18,136 nt of DNA, from NCBI GenBank assembly GCA_031367385.1, contig JANLPS010000510.1, positions 1 to 18,136 on the forward strand, in the 5' to 3' direction. Made by a program: the position numbers and the translations under genes. Below, in pieces: positions 1-7,650 of this stretch. A model generated the notes under the pieces. That model was not told the origin of the DNA. It saw nothing but the letters and a program-made list of their open reading frames with translations, and did no database searches. The stretch's first letter is position 1. The number at the start of each line of letters is the position of its first letter. Origin of the DNA: Archangium sp. Its GTDB lineage: Bacteria; Myxococcota; Myxococcia; Myxococcales; Myxococcaceae.

Positions 1-54
1 GTAGGCCTGGGTGTGGAGGTGGTCGTGTCTTGATGTGGGGGTCTTGATCACCGG

Positions 55-528
55 TTACGTGTCGGCGTTGTGTGGGGTCAACGACTCGCTGTAGGCCTCA
101 TTGTTGCGCAGCAAGTTCTCGCTGGCGCCGACGAGCGCGAAGACCAGGCCGTAGACCGGCTTGAGAAACAGACACAGACAAATCGCGCCCCGCGGCAGCA
201 TCACGAAGACCGGGCTCTCGACGCCGCCGGAGCTGATGATGACGAAGAGCAACATCGTGGCAGGGAGGGGGAGAATCGCGGTCACTCGGCGCCGACTGAT
301 GCCCTGCCGCCGAGCCAAAAAATACTCGTACGCTCCGCGGCTGAGAATCAGCCCGATCGCGCAGAGGACGATGACTCGGCGCCACCGCGAGGGGTCGAAC
401 GCGATGGTCGACATCGCCACCATCAACACGAGTGGGGCGAGGTACAGCCGCATGCGAATGCCCCGCTGAAAGAGCGCCTCGAGGGCTGACTCTTCGACGT
501 CTTCGACTCCTGCGTGAGAGGGGTGCAC
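55..528 (-). CDS. Multi-pass membrane protein, probably the N-terminal TM region of a sensor histidine kinase; apparently truncated or corrupted at its 3' end
   Basis: About 4-5 hydrophobic segments (LYLAPLVLMVAMSTIAF, VIVLCAIGLIL, ILPLPATMLLFVIISSGGVESPVFVML, VYGLVFALVG). The 'SGGxxSP' turn recalls myxobacterial membrane kinase N-termini (recollection, not searched). No HisKA/HATPase domain is visible. Start is uncertain (GTG 528 preferred; the ORF track begins at 582, inside the regulatory palindromes). Confidence 0.5.
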   Translation of the reverse strand: MHPSHAGVEDVEESALEALFQRGIRMRLYLAPLVLMVAMSTIAFDPSRWRRVIVLCAIGLILSRGAYEYFLARRQGISRRRVTAILPLPATMLLFVIISSGGVESPVFVMLPRGAICLCLFLKPVYGLVFALVGASENLLRNNEAYSESLTPHNADT

Positions 529-565
529 GGCGTGTACGTTGCCCCACGTGCGAGGGCCCGTCACC

Positions 566-603
566 TGTCGGTTTTCCGACAAGCAAACGTCGGGTCACCG
601 ACA
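566..603. promoter_or_regulatory. Tandem palindromic upstream activator sequences (candidate sigma-54 enhancer-binding-protein sites)
   Basis: TGTCGG-TTTT-CCGACA (566-581, perfect arms) and cGTCGG-GTCA-CCGACA (588-603), offset by 22 bp. Both fit TGT-N10-ACA (the second with one mismatch) and lie about 60-95 bp upstream of the predicted sigma-54 TSS. Confidence 0.7.
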
Positions 604-633
604 GACGCGAGGGCGCTCTCCAGTGAAGCGCTT

Positions 634-649
634 TGGCATTGCGCATGCT
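634..649 (+). promoter_or_regulatory. Sigma-54 (-24/-12) promoter of the ABC operon
   Basis: TGGCATTGCGCATGCT has GG-N10-GC with TGGCA and TGCT boxes and sits directly upstream of ATG 664. Confidence 0.7.
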
Positions 650-663
650 CTGGTGCGCTCGAC

Positions 664-1893
664 ATGTCGACGCTCTCGTCAATCGCCTTTCGAAACGTGC
701 TGCGCAACCGGCGGCGCACGCTGATCACCCTGAGCGCGCTGACCATCGGCATCGCGGCGGTGGGGTCGATACGCGGCATCTTGAACGGGCTGCACCAGAC
801 CATGGTGCGGGGCACCGTCGAGGGCACGCTCGGCGCGCTGCAGGTGCACAAGACCGGGTACCTGGCGAACGTGATGTCGACCCCCTTGTCGATGGACTTT
901 GCGCTCGACGAGGCGCTGCTCTCGAAGGTGAAGTCGGTCAAGGGCGTGACGGCGGTCGCTCCCCGCATTCAGTTCGCCGGGTCGCTGACCTTGTCGGCCT
1001 CCGATGAGAACGACTCGCCCGAGGCGCTGTTCTTCTCGGCCATCGCCCTCGACCCGGTGGTTGAGCCGACGGTGACTCCGCAGCGGGCTCAGTTGTTCAC
1101 CGAGGGCACCCACTTCGACGAAGCGCATGTGGTGTTGGGTGATGCCCTGGCCGCGGCGTTTGGTGCCAAGAACGAGTCTGAGGCCGTGCTGCTCGCCCCC
1201 GACCGAGACGGGTCGCTCAACGGTGAAATCGCCCACGTCGGAGGGGCGATGCGCGCGATCATGCCGGGCGAGATGAAGATCGCGGTCGTGCCCCTGGGCC
1301 TCGCGCAGAAGCTGCTGCGCATGGAGGGCCGAGCGACCGAGTTGGCCGTCGCCGTCGAAGACCTGAGCAAGGTCGATGAAGTGGTCAGCGCGCTTCGTAC
1401 GTCGCTGGGCAGCGGCTACGAAGTGCACGCCTGGGACGAGGTGATGCCCGACCGCAAGACCCTGATGGCGCGTCAGAATTCGATTACCGGGTTGATCTCT
1501 GCGGTGTTTCTGGTGCTGATGCTGCTCGGCGTCGCCAACACGATGTTGATGAGCGTGCTCGAGCGCACCCGCGAGGTCGGTACGATGATGGCGGTGGGGC
1601 TCACCCGCGCTGGCGTGCGAACGCTGTTCTTGCTCGAGGCGCTGATGCTGGGAGCGATGGGCGCCGCGGGCGGCTTGATGCTCAGCGCGCTTATTACGTA
1701 CGGGCTTGCACGGCACGGGCTTCATTTCACGCCGCCGACGGCGACGATGCCGATCGAGGTCTTCCCCTACCTGACGGTGAAGTTCATGGTGCTCATCGCG
1801 GCGGCGGCGATGGGCGGAGCGGTGGTCTTCTCGTTGTACCCGGCGATTCGGGCCAGCCGCCTGCGGCCCGTCGAAGCCTTGGCGGGGCGGTGA
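664..1893 (+). CDS. ABC transporter permease, FtsX/LolC-LolE/MacB family (409 aa)
   Basis: N-terminal 'IAFRNVLRNRRRTLIT', then TM1, a large periplasmic domain, 'VANTMLMSVLERTREVGTMMAVG', three C-terminal TMs and 'YPAIRASRLRPVEAL'. Start placed at ATG 664 rather than 514. Confidence 0.93.
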   Translation: MSTLSSIAFRNVLRNRRRTLITLSALTIGIAAVGSIRGILNGLHQTMVRGTVEGTLGALQVHKTGYLANVMSTPLSMDFALDEALLSKVKSVKGVTAVAPRIQFAGSLTLSASDENDSPEALFFSAIALDPVVEPTVTPQRAQLFTEGTHFDEAHVVLGDALAAAFGAKNESEAVLLAPDRDGSLNGEIAHVGGAMRAIMPGEMKIAVVPLGLAQKLLRMEGRATELAVAVEDLSKVDEVVSALRTSLGSGYEVHAWDEVMPDRKTLMARQNSITGLISAVFLVLMLLGVANTMLMSVLERTREVGTMMAVGLTRAGVRTLFLLEALMLGAMGAAGGLMLSALITYGLARHGLHFTPPTATMPIEVFPYLTVKFMVLIAAAAMGGAVVFSLYPAIRASRLRPVEALAGR

Positions 1894-1900
1894 GCGCGCG

Positions 1901-3127
1901 ATGAACCCTCGAATGCTGCTTCGGTTGGCGATGCGCAACGTGTTTCGTTCGAAGGCGCGCTCGGGCATCACCATCGGCGCGCTGTTCTTCGGCGTCACGA
2001 TGAGCCTGCTGCTCTCGGGCTTCGTGATGGGCGTGGGAGAATCGCTGGTGACCGAGACCATCGAGTCACGCGTCGGCGCGATTCAGGTGCATCGGGCGGG
2101 GTACTTCGAGCAGCGAGATCGACAGCCGCTGGCGCTCAACCTCCCGCAGGGGGCGGCGCTCGAGCAGCAGCTGCTGGCCGTGCCGAATGTTCAAGCGGTC
2201 ACGCCTCGCATTACGTTCGCGGGGCTGGTCACCAACGGCTCGAGAGGCACCATCGCGGTGATCTCCGCCATCGACCCGGCGACCGTTTCGCAGGTGCTGC
2301 CGAAAGTCGACACCTACCTCGAAGGCGACCCGCTCAAGCCAGGAGATCGCAACGGTGCCCACGTGGCACGAGAGCTCGGCCACGCGCTGGGGCTCGAGCG
2401 GGGTGTGCCGCTGATGCTGCAGGCGCAGGGCCTCGGCGGCCGAGACAACGCGCTCGACCTGGAGCTCCGAGGGTTGCAGACCGGGCAGAACCCCCTCGAG
2501 TCGAAGCGTACGGTGCAGGTGCCCCTGGAGTTTGCGCAGTCGCTGCTCGGCATGAAGGGCCTGGCGACCGAGTACCTGGTGGCGGTTGACGACGTCGAGA
2601 AGCTCGACGCGACGGCTGCTGCGCTGCGAGGCGCGCTCGGCCCTGAATACGAAGTGCACACCTGGGAGCAGCTGCGGCCTGGCCTGCGTGATGCCCGGCT
2701 GCTGCAACGCGCCGTGCTCGGAGGCGTCAGCTTCGTGTTCTTGATCATCGCGCTGTTCGGAGTCGCCAACACCTTGCTGATGAGCGTGCTCGAGCGCACC
2801 CGGGAGATCGGGACGCTGCTGGCGGTCGGCATGACGCGGCAATTGGTGGCGGCCCTGTTCATGGCCGAGGCGATGGTTCAGGCGCTGATCGGCGCTGGAG
2901 CCGGCCTCACGGTCGCGTTGATCATCGTCACGCTCGCGCGGCGCGCCGGCGGCTTCGAGATCTCGATGGGCGATGGGCAAGGGTTCTTTCGAATCATGCC
3001 CACCTTGTTGCCCATGGTACCGGTCTTGGTCGTCGGCGCGGCGGTGGTGGGCAGCGTGCTCGCCGCGGTCTCTCCCGCACTGCGTGCCTCTCGCATGCGC
3101 CCAGTCGAGGCGCTGTCTTCATCATGA
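1901..3127 (+). CDS. Second FtsX/LolC-LolE-family ABC permease (408 aa), paralogue of the upstream gene
   Basis: 'LAMRNVFRSKARS', 'VANTLLMSVLERTREIGTLLAVG' and 'SPALRASRMRPVEAL'; begins 7 bp after the previous stop. Confidence 0.93.
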   Translation: MNPRMLLRLAMRNVFRSKARSGITIGALFFGVTMSLLLSGFVMGVGESLVTETIESRVGAIQVHRAGYFEQRDRQPLALNLPQGAALEQQLLAVPNVQAVTPRITFAGLVTNGSRGTIAVISAIDPATVSQVLPKVDTYLEGDPLKPGDRNGAHVARELGHALGLERGVPLMLQAQGLGGRDNALDLELRGLQTGQNPLESKRTVQVPLEFAQSLLGMKGLATEYLVAVDDVEKLDATAAALRGALGPEYEVHTWEQLRPGLRDARLLQRAVLGGVSFVFLIIALFGVANTLLMSVLERTREIGTLLAVGMTRQLVAALFMAEAMVQALIGAGAGLTVALIIVTLARRAGGFEISMGDGQGFFRIMPTLLPMVPVLVVGAAVVGSVLAAVSPALRASRMRPVEALSSS

Positions 3128-3137
3128 AAGGGAACGT

Positions 3138-3851
3138 ATGAATTCACTGCTGATTTTGACGCTGCTGGCCGCTGGCGAGGCCCCTTCGGTGAAGGAGGTG
3201 CTCACCAAGTACGACGCGGTCATGGCTCCGGCGCAGTTCAAGGCCGTCGCCACCATGGTCGCTCACCGTGATGACGGCACCACACGCACGTACACGATGA
3301 CGATTCTGAAGGCCTCCGACGACAAGTCGCGCATCTGGTTTCAAGAGCCGGCCGCAGTGCGTGGCCAAGAAATGCTGCGCAACGGTGAGAACTTCTGGGT
3401 CTACATGCCCAACTTGAAGCGGGCGTTGCGACTGGCATCGCGAGACAACTTTCAAGGCGGTGACTTCAACAACGCCGACATGCTGCGAGCCAATTACGCC
3501 GCCGATTACGACGGCACGGTGTCAGAAGACGAGAAGAAGCCTTACACCTGGCTGGTGCAGCTCAAGGCCAAATCACCCGACACGGCGTACGACTCGATCA
3601 AGCTGTGGGTGACCAAGGCGCCGCTGGGGTTGCCCGTGCGCGGCGAGTACTTCACCTCGAGCGGCAAGATGCTGCGCTCCGCTGACTTTGCCGAGGTGAA
3701 GGAGTTCTCGCATGGCCACAAGCGGCCCTCGCACATCACCATGCGCAACGAGATCGCCACCCAGCGCTTCAGCGAGCTCAAGTGGGAGGAGATTGACGTC
3801 TCGGTCACTCCGGCAGACGGCAAGTTCGCGCTCTCGGAGCTGGGCCACTAA
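3138..3851 (+). CDS. LolA-like periplasmic 'outer membrane lipoprotein-sorting' protein (237 aa)
   Basis: Short signal peptide MNSLLILTLLAA; motifs 'FQEPAAVRGQEML', 'WVYMPNLKRALRL', 'FQGGDFNNADM', 'YDSIKLWV' and 'EYFTSSGKMLR' typical of LolA-like/DUF1329-type proteins. Purine-rich AAAGGGAA upstream of ATG 3138. Confidence 0.85.
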   Translation: MNSLLILTLLAAGEAPSVKEVLTKYDAVMAPAQFKAVATMVAHRDDGTTRTYTMTILKASDDKSRIWFQEPAAVRGQEMLRNGENFWVYMPNLKRALRLASRDNFQGGDFNNADMLRANYAADYDGTVSEDEKKPYTWLVQLKAKSPDTAYDSIKLWVTKAPLGLPVRGEYFTSSGKMLRSADFAEVKEFSHGHKRPSHITMRNEIATQRFSELKWEEIDVSVTPADGKFALSELGH

Positions 3852-3854
3852 GCC

Positions 3855-5174
3855 ATGCTGCCTCTCGTCTGCCTCGTGGTGCTCGGCGACTCGTCACTGG
3901 TGACGACGAGCGGGTACGTCGACTCGCGCACTACGGCAGCGCAGACGTTGCTCAACGGAGCGCCCGGCTTGACCGAGCTCGCCGAAGCCAACCTGCAGGT
4001 GAAGGTGAAGCCACTCGAGCAGCTCACCGCGTTCGCCGATGTCTCGCTGTTCTGGCAAGGCGCCTGGTTCGTTCACGGCGGAGAGCGAGATCAACCCGAG
4101 TATCGACCGAGCGTGGTGCTCTCGGAGGCGTACCTCGACGCGCCGTTGCAAGACGGGTTTCGGCTGGTGCTCGGCAAGAAGAGAATCGTGTGGGGGGCGG
4201 GGTTGGCGTTCAACCCGACCGATGTGCTCAACCCGCCGAAAGACCCGACCGACCCGACGTTTCAACGCGCCGGGGCCTGGCTCGCCCAAGCGGAGTGGGG
4301 GTTCGACAAGGCGGCCCTCTCACTGGTGCTCGCCGGCAAAGCGACACGGCAGTACGCGGGGTTGCCGACCGGGCTGGTGTGGTACCCGGCGCGGCCGTCG
4401 GCCGAAGCGGTGCGTGGCTGGGTGCCCGATGATCGCGACAACGAAGCGCACTTTGCGTTCGCCGGGCGGCTCTATGTGCTCATCGCCGACACCGATGTGA
4501 ACCTGCTGTACTCCTTCACGAACCTCTACAACGACGCGTTTGCCGACAAGTCGCGGCTCGGCCTGTCGCTCTCTCACGTGTTCGGTTCGCTCGAGCTGCA
4601 CACCGAGGCGTCGTTCTATACTGGCTCGGCACGCCTCGAGGCCGAGGGTCACCGCGTCACACGGCCCTTTCTCGGCGCGGAGTGGCTCAACGCCCGGGTC
4701 GTCATCGGAGGCCGCTACCAATTCAACGACAGCGCGCTGTTCTCGTTCGAGTACTACTTCAACGGCGAAGGGCATTCGAAGCCGGCCTTCGAGCGATTGG
4801 CGACTCTGGCGCGCGCGAACCCCACTGCGTTGCTTCAGGCGATTGCTGGGTCGGCTGACCCGGGCACTCCGCAGAAGTTCAGCTTCGAGCCGCTGCGACG
4901 GCACTACGCGGTGTTGCAGTATTCGAAGCCGCAGATTTTCGACGACTTCACGGTGAGCGTTGCGGCGTTGGTGAGCTTAGAAGACCTATCGATGCAGCTC
5001 GTGCCGCAGGTGACCTGGGCGCCGAAGGAGTGGTTGCAGCTCACCGTGGCGGTGTACGTGCCGTTGAGCGGAGTCACCGCGTGGGGCGTTCGCATCGGCG
5101 AGGCGACCTACGGCGAGTTCACGTTGTCTGCGACCGGCACGCGCACGTTGGTGCAGGCCCGGGTGTTTTTCTAA
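3855..5174 (+). CDS. Probable outer-membrane beta-barrel protein (439 aa)
   Basis: Hydrophobic N-terminus, many amphipathic beta-strand-like segments, motif 'LGKKRIVWGAGLAFNPTDVLNP', and a C-terminal strand ending in Phe (LVQARVFF), consistent with a BAM signal. Confidence 0.75.
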   Translation: MLPLVCLVVLGDSSLVTTSGYVDSRTTAAQTLLNGAPGLTELAEANLQVKVKPLEQLTAFADVSLFWQGAWFVHGGERDQPEYRPSVVLSEAYLDAPLQDGFRLVLGKKRIVWGAGLAFNPTDVLNPPKDPTDPTFQRAGAWLAQAEWGFDKAALSLVLAGKATRQYAGLPTGLVWYPARPSAEAVRGWVPDDRDNEAHFAFAGRLYVLIADTDVNLLYSFTNLYNDAFADKSRLGLSLSHVFGSLELHTEASFYTGSARLEAEGHRVTRPFLGAEWLNARVVIGGRYQFNDSALFSFEYYFNGEGHSKPAFERLATLARANPTALLQAIAGSADPGTPQKFSFEPLRRHYAVLQYSKPQIFDDFTVSVAALVSLEDLSMQLVPQVTWAPKEWLQLTVAVYVPLSGVTAWGVRIGEATYGEFTLSATGTRTLVQARVFF

Positions 5175-5198
5175 ATAGAAAAGAAGGAGCACACAGTC

Positions 5199-5915
5199 AT
5201 GGCGTTGATCAGCTTGAAGGGCATCGAAAAGGCGTACCGGCTTGGGCAGACCTCGGTGCCGGCGCTGATGGGCGTTGATCTCGAGGTCGAGGCGGGTGAG
5301 TTCTCGGTGGTGATGGGGCCGTCGGGCAGCGGCAAGACCACGTTGCTCAACATCATCGGGTTGCTCGACCGCGCTGATCGCGGCAGCTACCGACTGGCTG
5401 GCGAAGAGCTGGCGGGGCGTGACTTCAACGACGTCGCCTCGCTGCGTAACCGCAAAATCGGGTTCATCTTTCAGTCGTTCAACCTGATCCCCGTGCTCGA
5501 TGTGCGCGAGAACATCGAGTTTCCCTGTCTGCTGAGGCCCGAAGACCGGGGCGCGCTGACCAAGCGGGTCGAGCTGCTTGCGGAGGAGGTGGGGCTCACC
5601 TCGGTGCTGCACCACCGGCCCGATGAGCTCTCAGGTGGGCAACGGCAACGGGTGGCGATTGCGCGGGCGCTGGTGACTCAGCCCGACATCGTGCTCGCTG
5701 ATGAGCCGACCGCGAACCTCGACTCCGCGACCAGCGAGCAGATTCTGGCCTTGATGGAGCGAATGAATCGCACCCACGGCGTCACCTTCTTGTTCTCGAC
5801 GCACGACCCGAGAATCATGAAGCGGGCACGGCGGGTGGTTCGCATGCTCGACGGCAAGTTGCTCGATGGCACCGAGGCGGCGCAGGCCGACATCGCGATG
5901 CTGTCGGGGCATTGA
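5199..5915 (+). CDS. ABC transporter ATP-binding protein, LolD/MacB/FtsE-like (238 aa)
   Basis: Walker A GPSGSGKT, Q-loop 'IGFIFQSFNL', signature LSGGQRQR, Walker B 'VLADEPTANLD', H-loop STHD; RBS AAGGAG at 5184-5189. Confidence 0.96.
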   Translation: MALISLKGIEKAYRLGQTSVPALMGVDLEVEAGEFSVVMGPSGSGKTTLLNIIGLLDRADRGSYRLAGEELAGRDFNDVASLRNRKIGFIFQSFNLIPVLDVRENIEFPCLLRPEDRGALTKRVELLAEEVGLTSVLHHRPDELSGGQRQRVAIARALVTQPDIVLADEPTANLDSATSEQILALMERMNRTHGVTFLFSTHDPRIMKRARRVVRMLDGKLLDGTEAAQADIAMLSGH

Positions 5916-5937
5916 AAAGTAGCCTGTCCCCTTTAAT

Positions 5938-7143
5938 TCACGTCGTGTACTCGGCGTTGACCTGCACGTAGCGGTACCCGAGGTCGGAGGTCATCACCAT
6001 TGCGCGGCCGGGCCCATCGGCCAGGTGCAGCTCGAGCTTCACGTCTTCTTGGGCCATTGCCTTCGATGCCACGGCGCGGTCGAACGAGGTCGGCTCGCCC
6101 TTGGTGAAGACCTCGATGCCCTGCAGCACGCAGCGCAGTGACTTGGGGTGCTTGATCTCTTTCACGTTGCCCACCTGGCTCGTGAAGCGGCCCCAGTTAG
6201 GGTCGTTGCCGAACAGTGCGGTGCGCACCAGGGCCGAGGTCGCGACGTGCTTGGCGATGGTCTTCGCCACTTCGTCGTTGGCGGCTCCACTCACTTCGAT
6301 GGTGGTGACCTTGGTCGCCCCTTCACCGTCACGCGCGATCAGCCACGAGAGCCGGCGCGCGACCGTCTCGATGTGCCTGTTCCAGTCGGCGGGGGCTTTC
6401 ACGGCGCGGGTCGAGAACAGCAACAGCGTGTCGTTGGTGCTGGTGTGCGAATCGACGTGCACCGCGTTGAAGCTGGTCGCCGCGATGGTCGGCAGGGCGC
6501 GCTTGAGCTGCTCGGCGCGCAGCTCCAGGTCAGTGCCGATGAAGGCCAGCATCGTCGCCATGTTGGGCTCGATCATGCCCGCGCCTTTGCAAATCCCCGC
6601 GACCAGGCCGTCGCCGACCCGCGCACACGCTTCTTTTGCGAAGGCATCGGTGGTCATGATCGCGGCGAGAAACCGCCGGCCCGCCTCGACGTCACTCGAG
6701 AGCTCGGTGAACGCTGCGTCGATGCCAGTTCGCACCTTGTCCATCGGGAGCTTTTGACCAATGACTCCGGTCGAGCAGACCAGCACGTGCTCGATAGGGC
6801 AGCCGACGGCTTTGGCGACCCGGTCACACATCTCGAGCGCGTCTTTGTCGCCTTGCTCACCCGTGCAGGCGTTGGCGTTGCCGCTGTTGATGACCACTGC
6901 ACGCACTTGACCCTTCGAGCGCTCGAGGTGCGCCTTCGAGCGAAGCACTGGCGCCGCGGCGAAGTGGTTTTGGGTGAAGATCGCCGCCGCCGCGAGGGGC
7001 GCATCGGCGACCAACAGCCCGATGTCAGGGTTGCCGCTGGCCTTGATGCCCGCGCGCACCCCCGAGGCGCGAACGCCTTTGAGCGAGCTCAAGGTCAGCT
7101 CTGAAGGCGCGAACTGCGGCACCGGTGGCACGGGTATCGACAT
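5938..7143 (-). CDS. argJ: Ornithine acetyltransferase / glutamate N-acetyltransferase ArgJ (401 aa)
   Basis: Motifs NSGNANACTG, STGVIG, AIMTTD, KGAGMIEPNMATML (autoproteolysis A|T), TSTNDT, ARDGEGATK, GNDPNWGR and C-terminal NAEYTT. Start placed at ATG 7143. Confidence 0.97.
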   Translation of the reverse strand: MSIPVPPVPQFAPSELTLSSLKGVRASGVRAGIKASGNPDIGLLVADAPLAAAAIFTQNHFAAAPVLRSKAHLERSKGQVRAVVINSGNANACTGEQGDKDALEMCDRVAKAVGCPIEHVLVCSTGVIGQKLPMDKVRTGIDAAFTELSSDVEAGRRFLAAIMTTDAFAKEACARVGDGLVAGICKGAGMIEPNMATMLAFIGTDLELRAEQLKRALPTIAATSFNAVHVDSHTSTNDTLLLFSTRAVKAPADWNRHIETVARRLSWLIARDGEGATKVTTIEVSGAANDEVAKTIAKHVATSALVRTALFGNDPNWGRFTSQVGNVKEIKHPKSLRCVLQGIEVFTKGEPTSFDRAVASKAMAQEDVKLELHLADGPGRAMVMTSDLGYRYVQVNAEYTT

Positions 7144-7190
7144 GGCGACGCGTTGTATCTGTAAATGCAAACCGTGCTAGTCCGCCGCGC

Positions 7191-7595
7191 ATGATCGCAT
7201 TGTTTGGGGCCCATTCTGGAGTGCGGTACCTCGTGCTGCTGGCCGGCTTCGTGGCCGAGATCATCTTCGCGTTGGGCATGGCGCAAAAGACGCCGTTCAC
7301 CAAGCAGGCGCGAATCGCCGGCGCGGTGTTCGCGGGGCTGCTCGACCTGCAGATTCTGCTCGGCACCATTCTGGTGGCGATGGGGCTCTACACGCCCAAG
7401 GCCATCGGCCACATCGTGATGATGGTCGCCGCCACCACCGTGGCCCACGCCACCTTTGCCCGAAACCGCAAACAGGCGACTCCGGGGTACGTCTTGCCGC
7501 TCATCGGGGTCTCGGTGGCGATGGCGCTGATCATCGGAGGCATCTTTGCCCTCGGCCGTCTGCCCTGGGCGATGACTGCCTTCTCGGGTACTTAG
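7191..7595 (+). CDS. Small integral membrane protein with 4 TM helices (134 aa)
   Basis: ATG 7191; 'AHSGVRYLVLL', 'LDLQILLG' and 'GHIVMMVAA...AH' with four hydrophobic helices; GC-rich third codon positions. Confidence 0.8.
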   Translation: MIALFGAHSGVRYLVLLAGFVAEIIFALGMAQKTPFTKQARIAGAVFAGLLDLQILLGTILVAMGLYTPKAIGHIVMMVAATTVAHATFARNRKQATPGYVLPLIGVSVAMALIIGGIFALGRLPWAMTAFSGT

Positions 7596-7650
7596 CCAAA
7601 GGGGCCCTACATTTCCATTCACGCTGAGAAGTGATTGGCTGTCAGCCCCC

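Noticed and set aside
514..663. 50-codon N-terminal extension of the first permease in the ORF track
   Set aside because: The family N-terminus begins at ATG 664, and the extension covers the palindromes and the sigma-54 promoter.
1531..2806. Near-identical 45-bp stretches at about 1531-1575 and 2762-2806
   Set aside because: Both encode the conserved VANTxLMSVLERTRE motif of the paralogous permeases; not a mobile or regulatory repeat.
679..2980. Long antisense ORFs (679-2061, 2066-2980) and similar ones elsewhere (6148-7104, 8135-9577, 10930-12543, 15184-16530)
   Set aside because: Shadow ORFs opposite well-supported genes, expected from GC-rich codon bias; no recognisable motifs.
664..5915. 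Assigning lolC/lolE/lolA/lolD gene symbols
   Set aside because: The families match, but the operon structure, extra barrel and sigma-54 control differ from housekeeping Lol; orthology cannot be shown without a search.
5916..5937. Terminator between the convergent ABC ATPase and argJ
   Set aside because: The 22-bp gap has no stem-loop.
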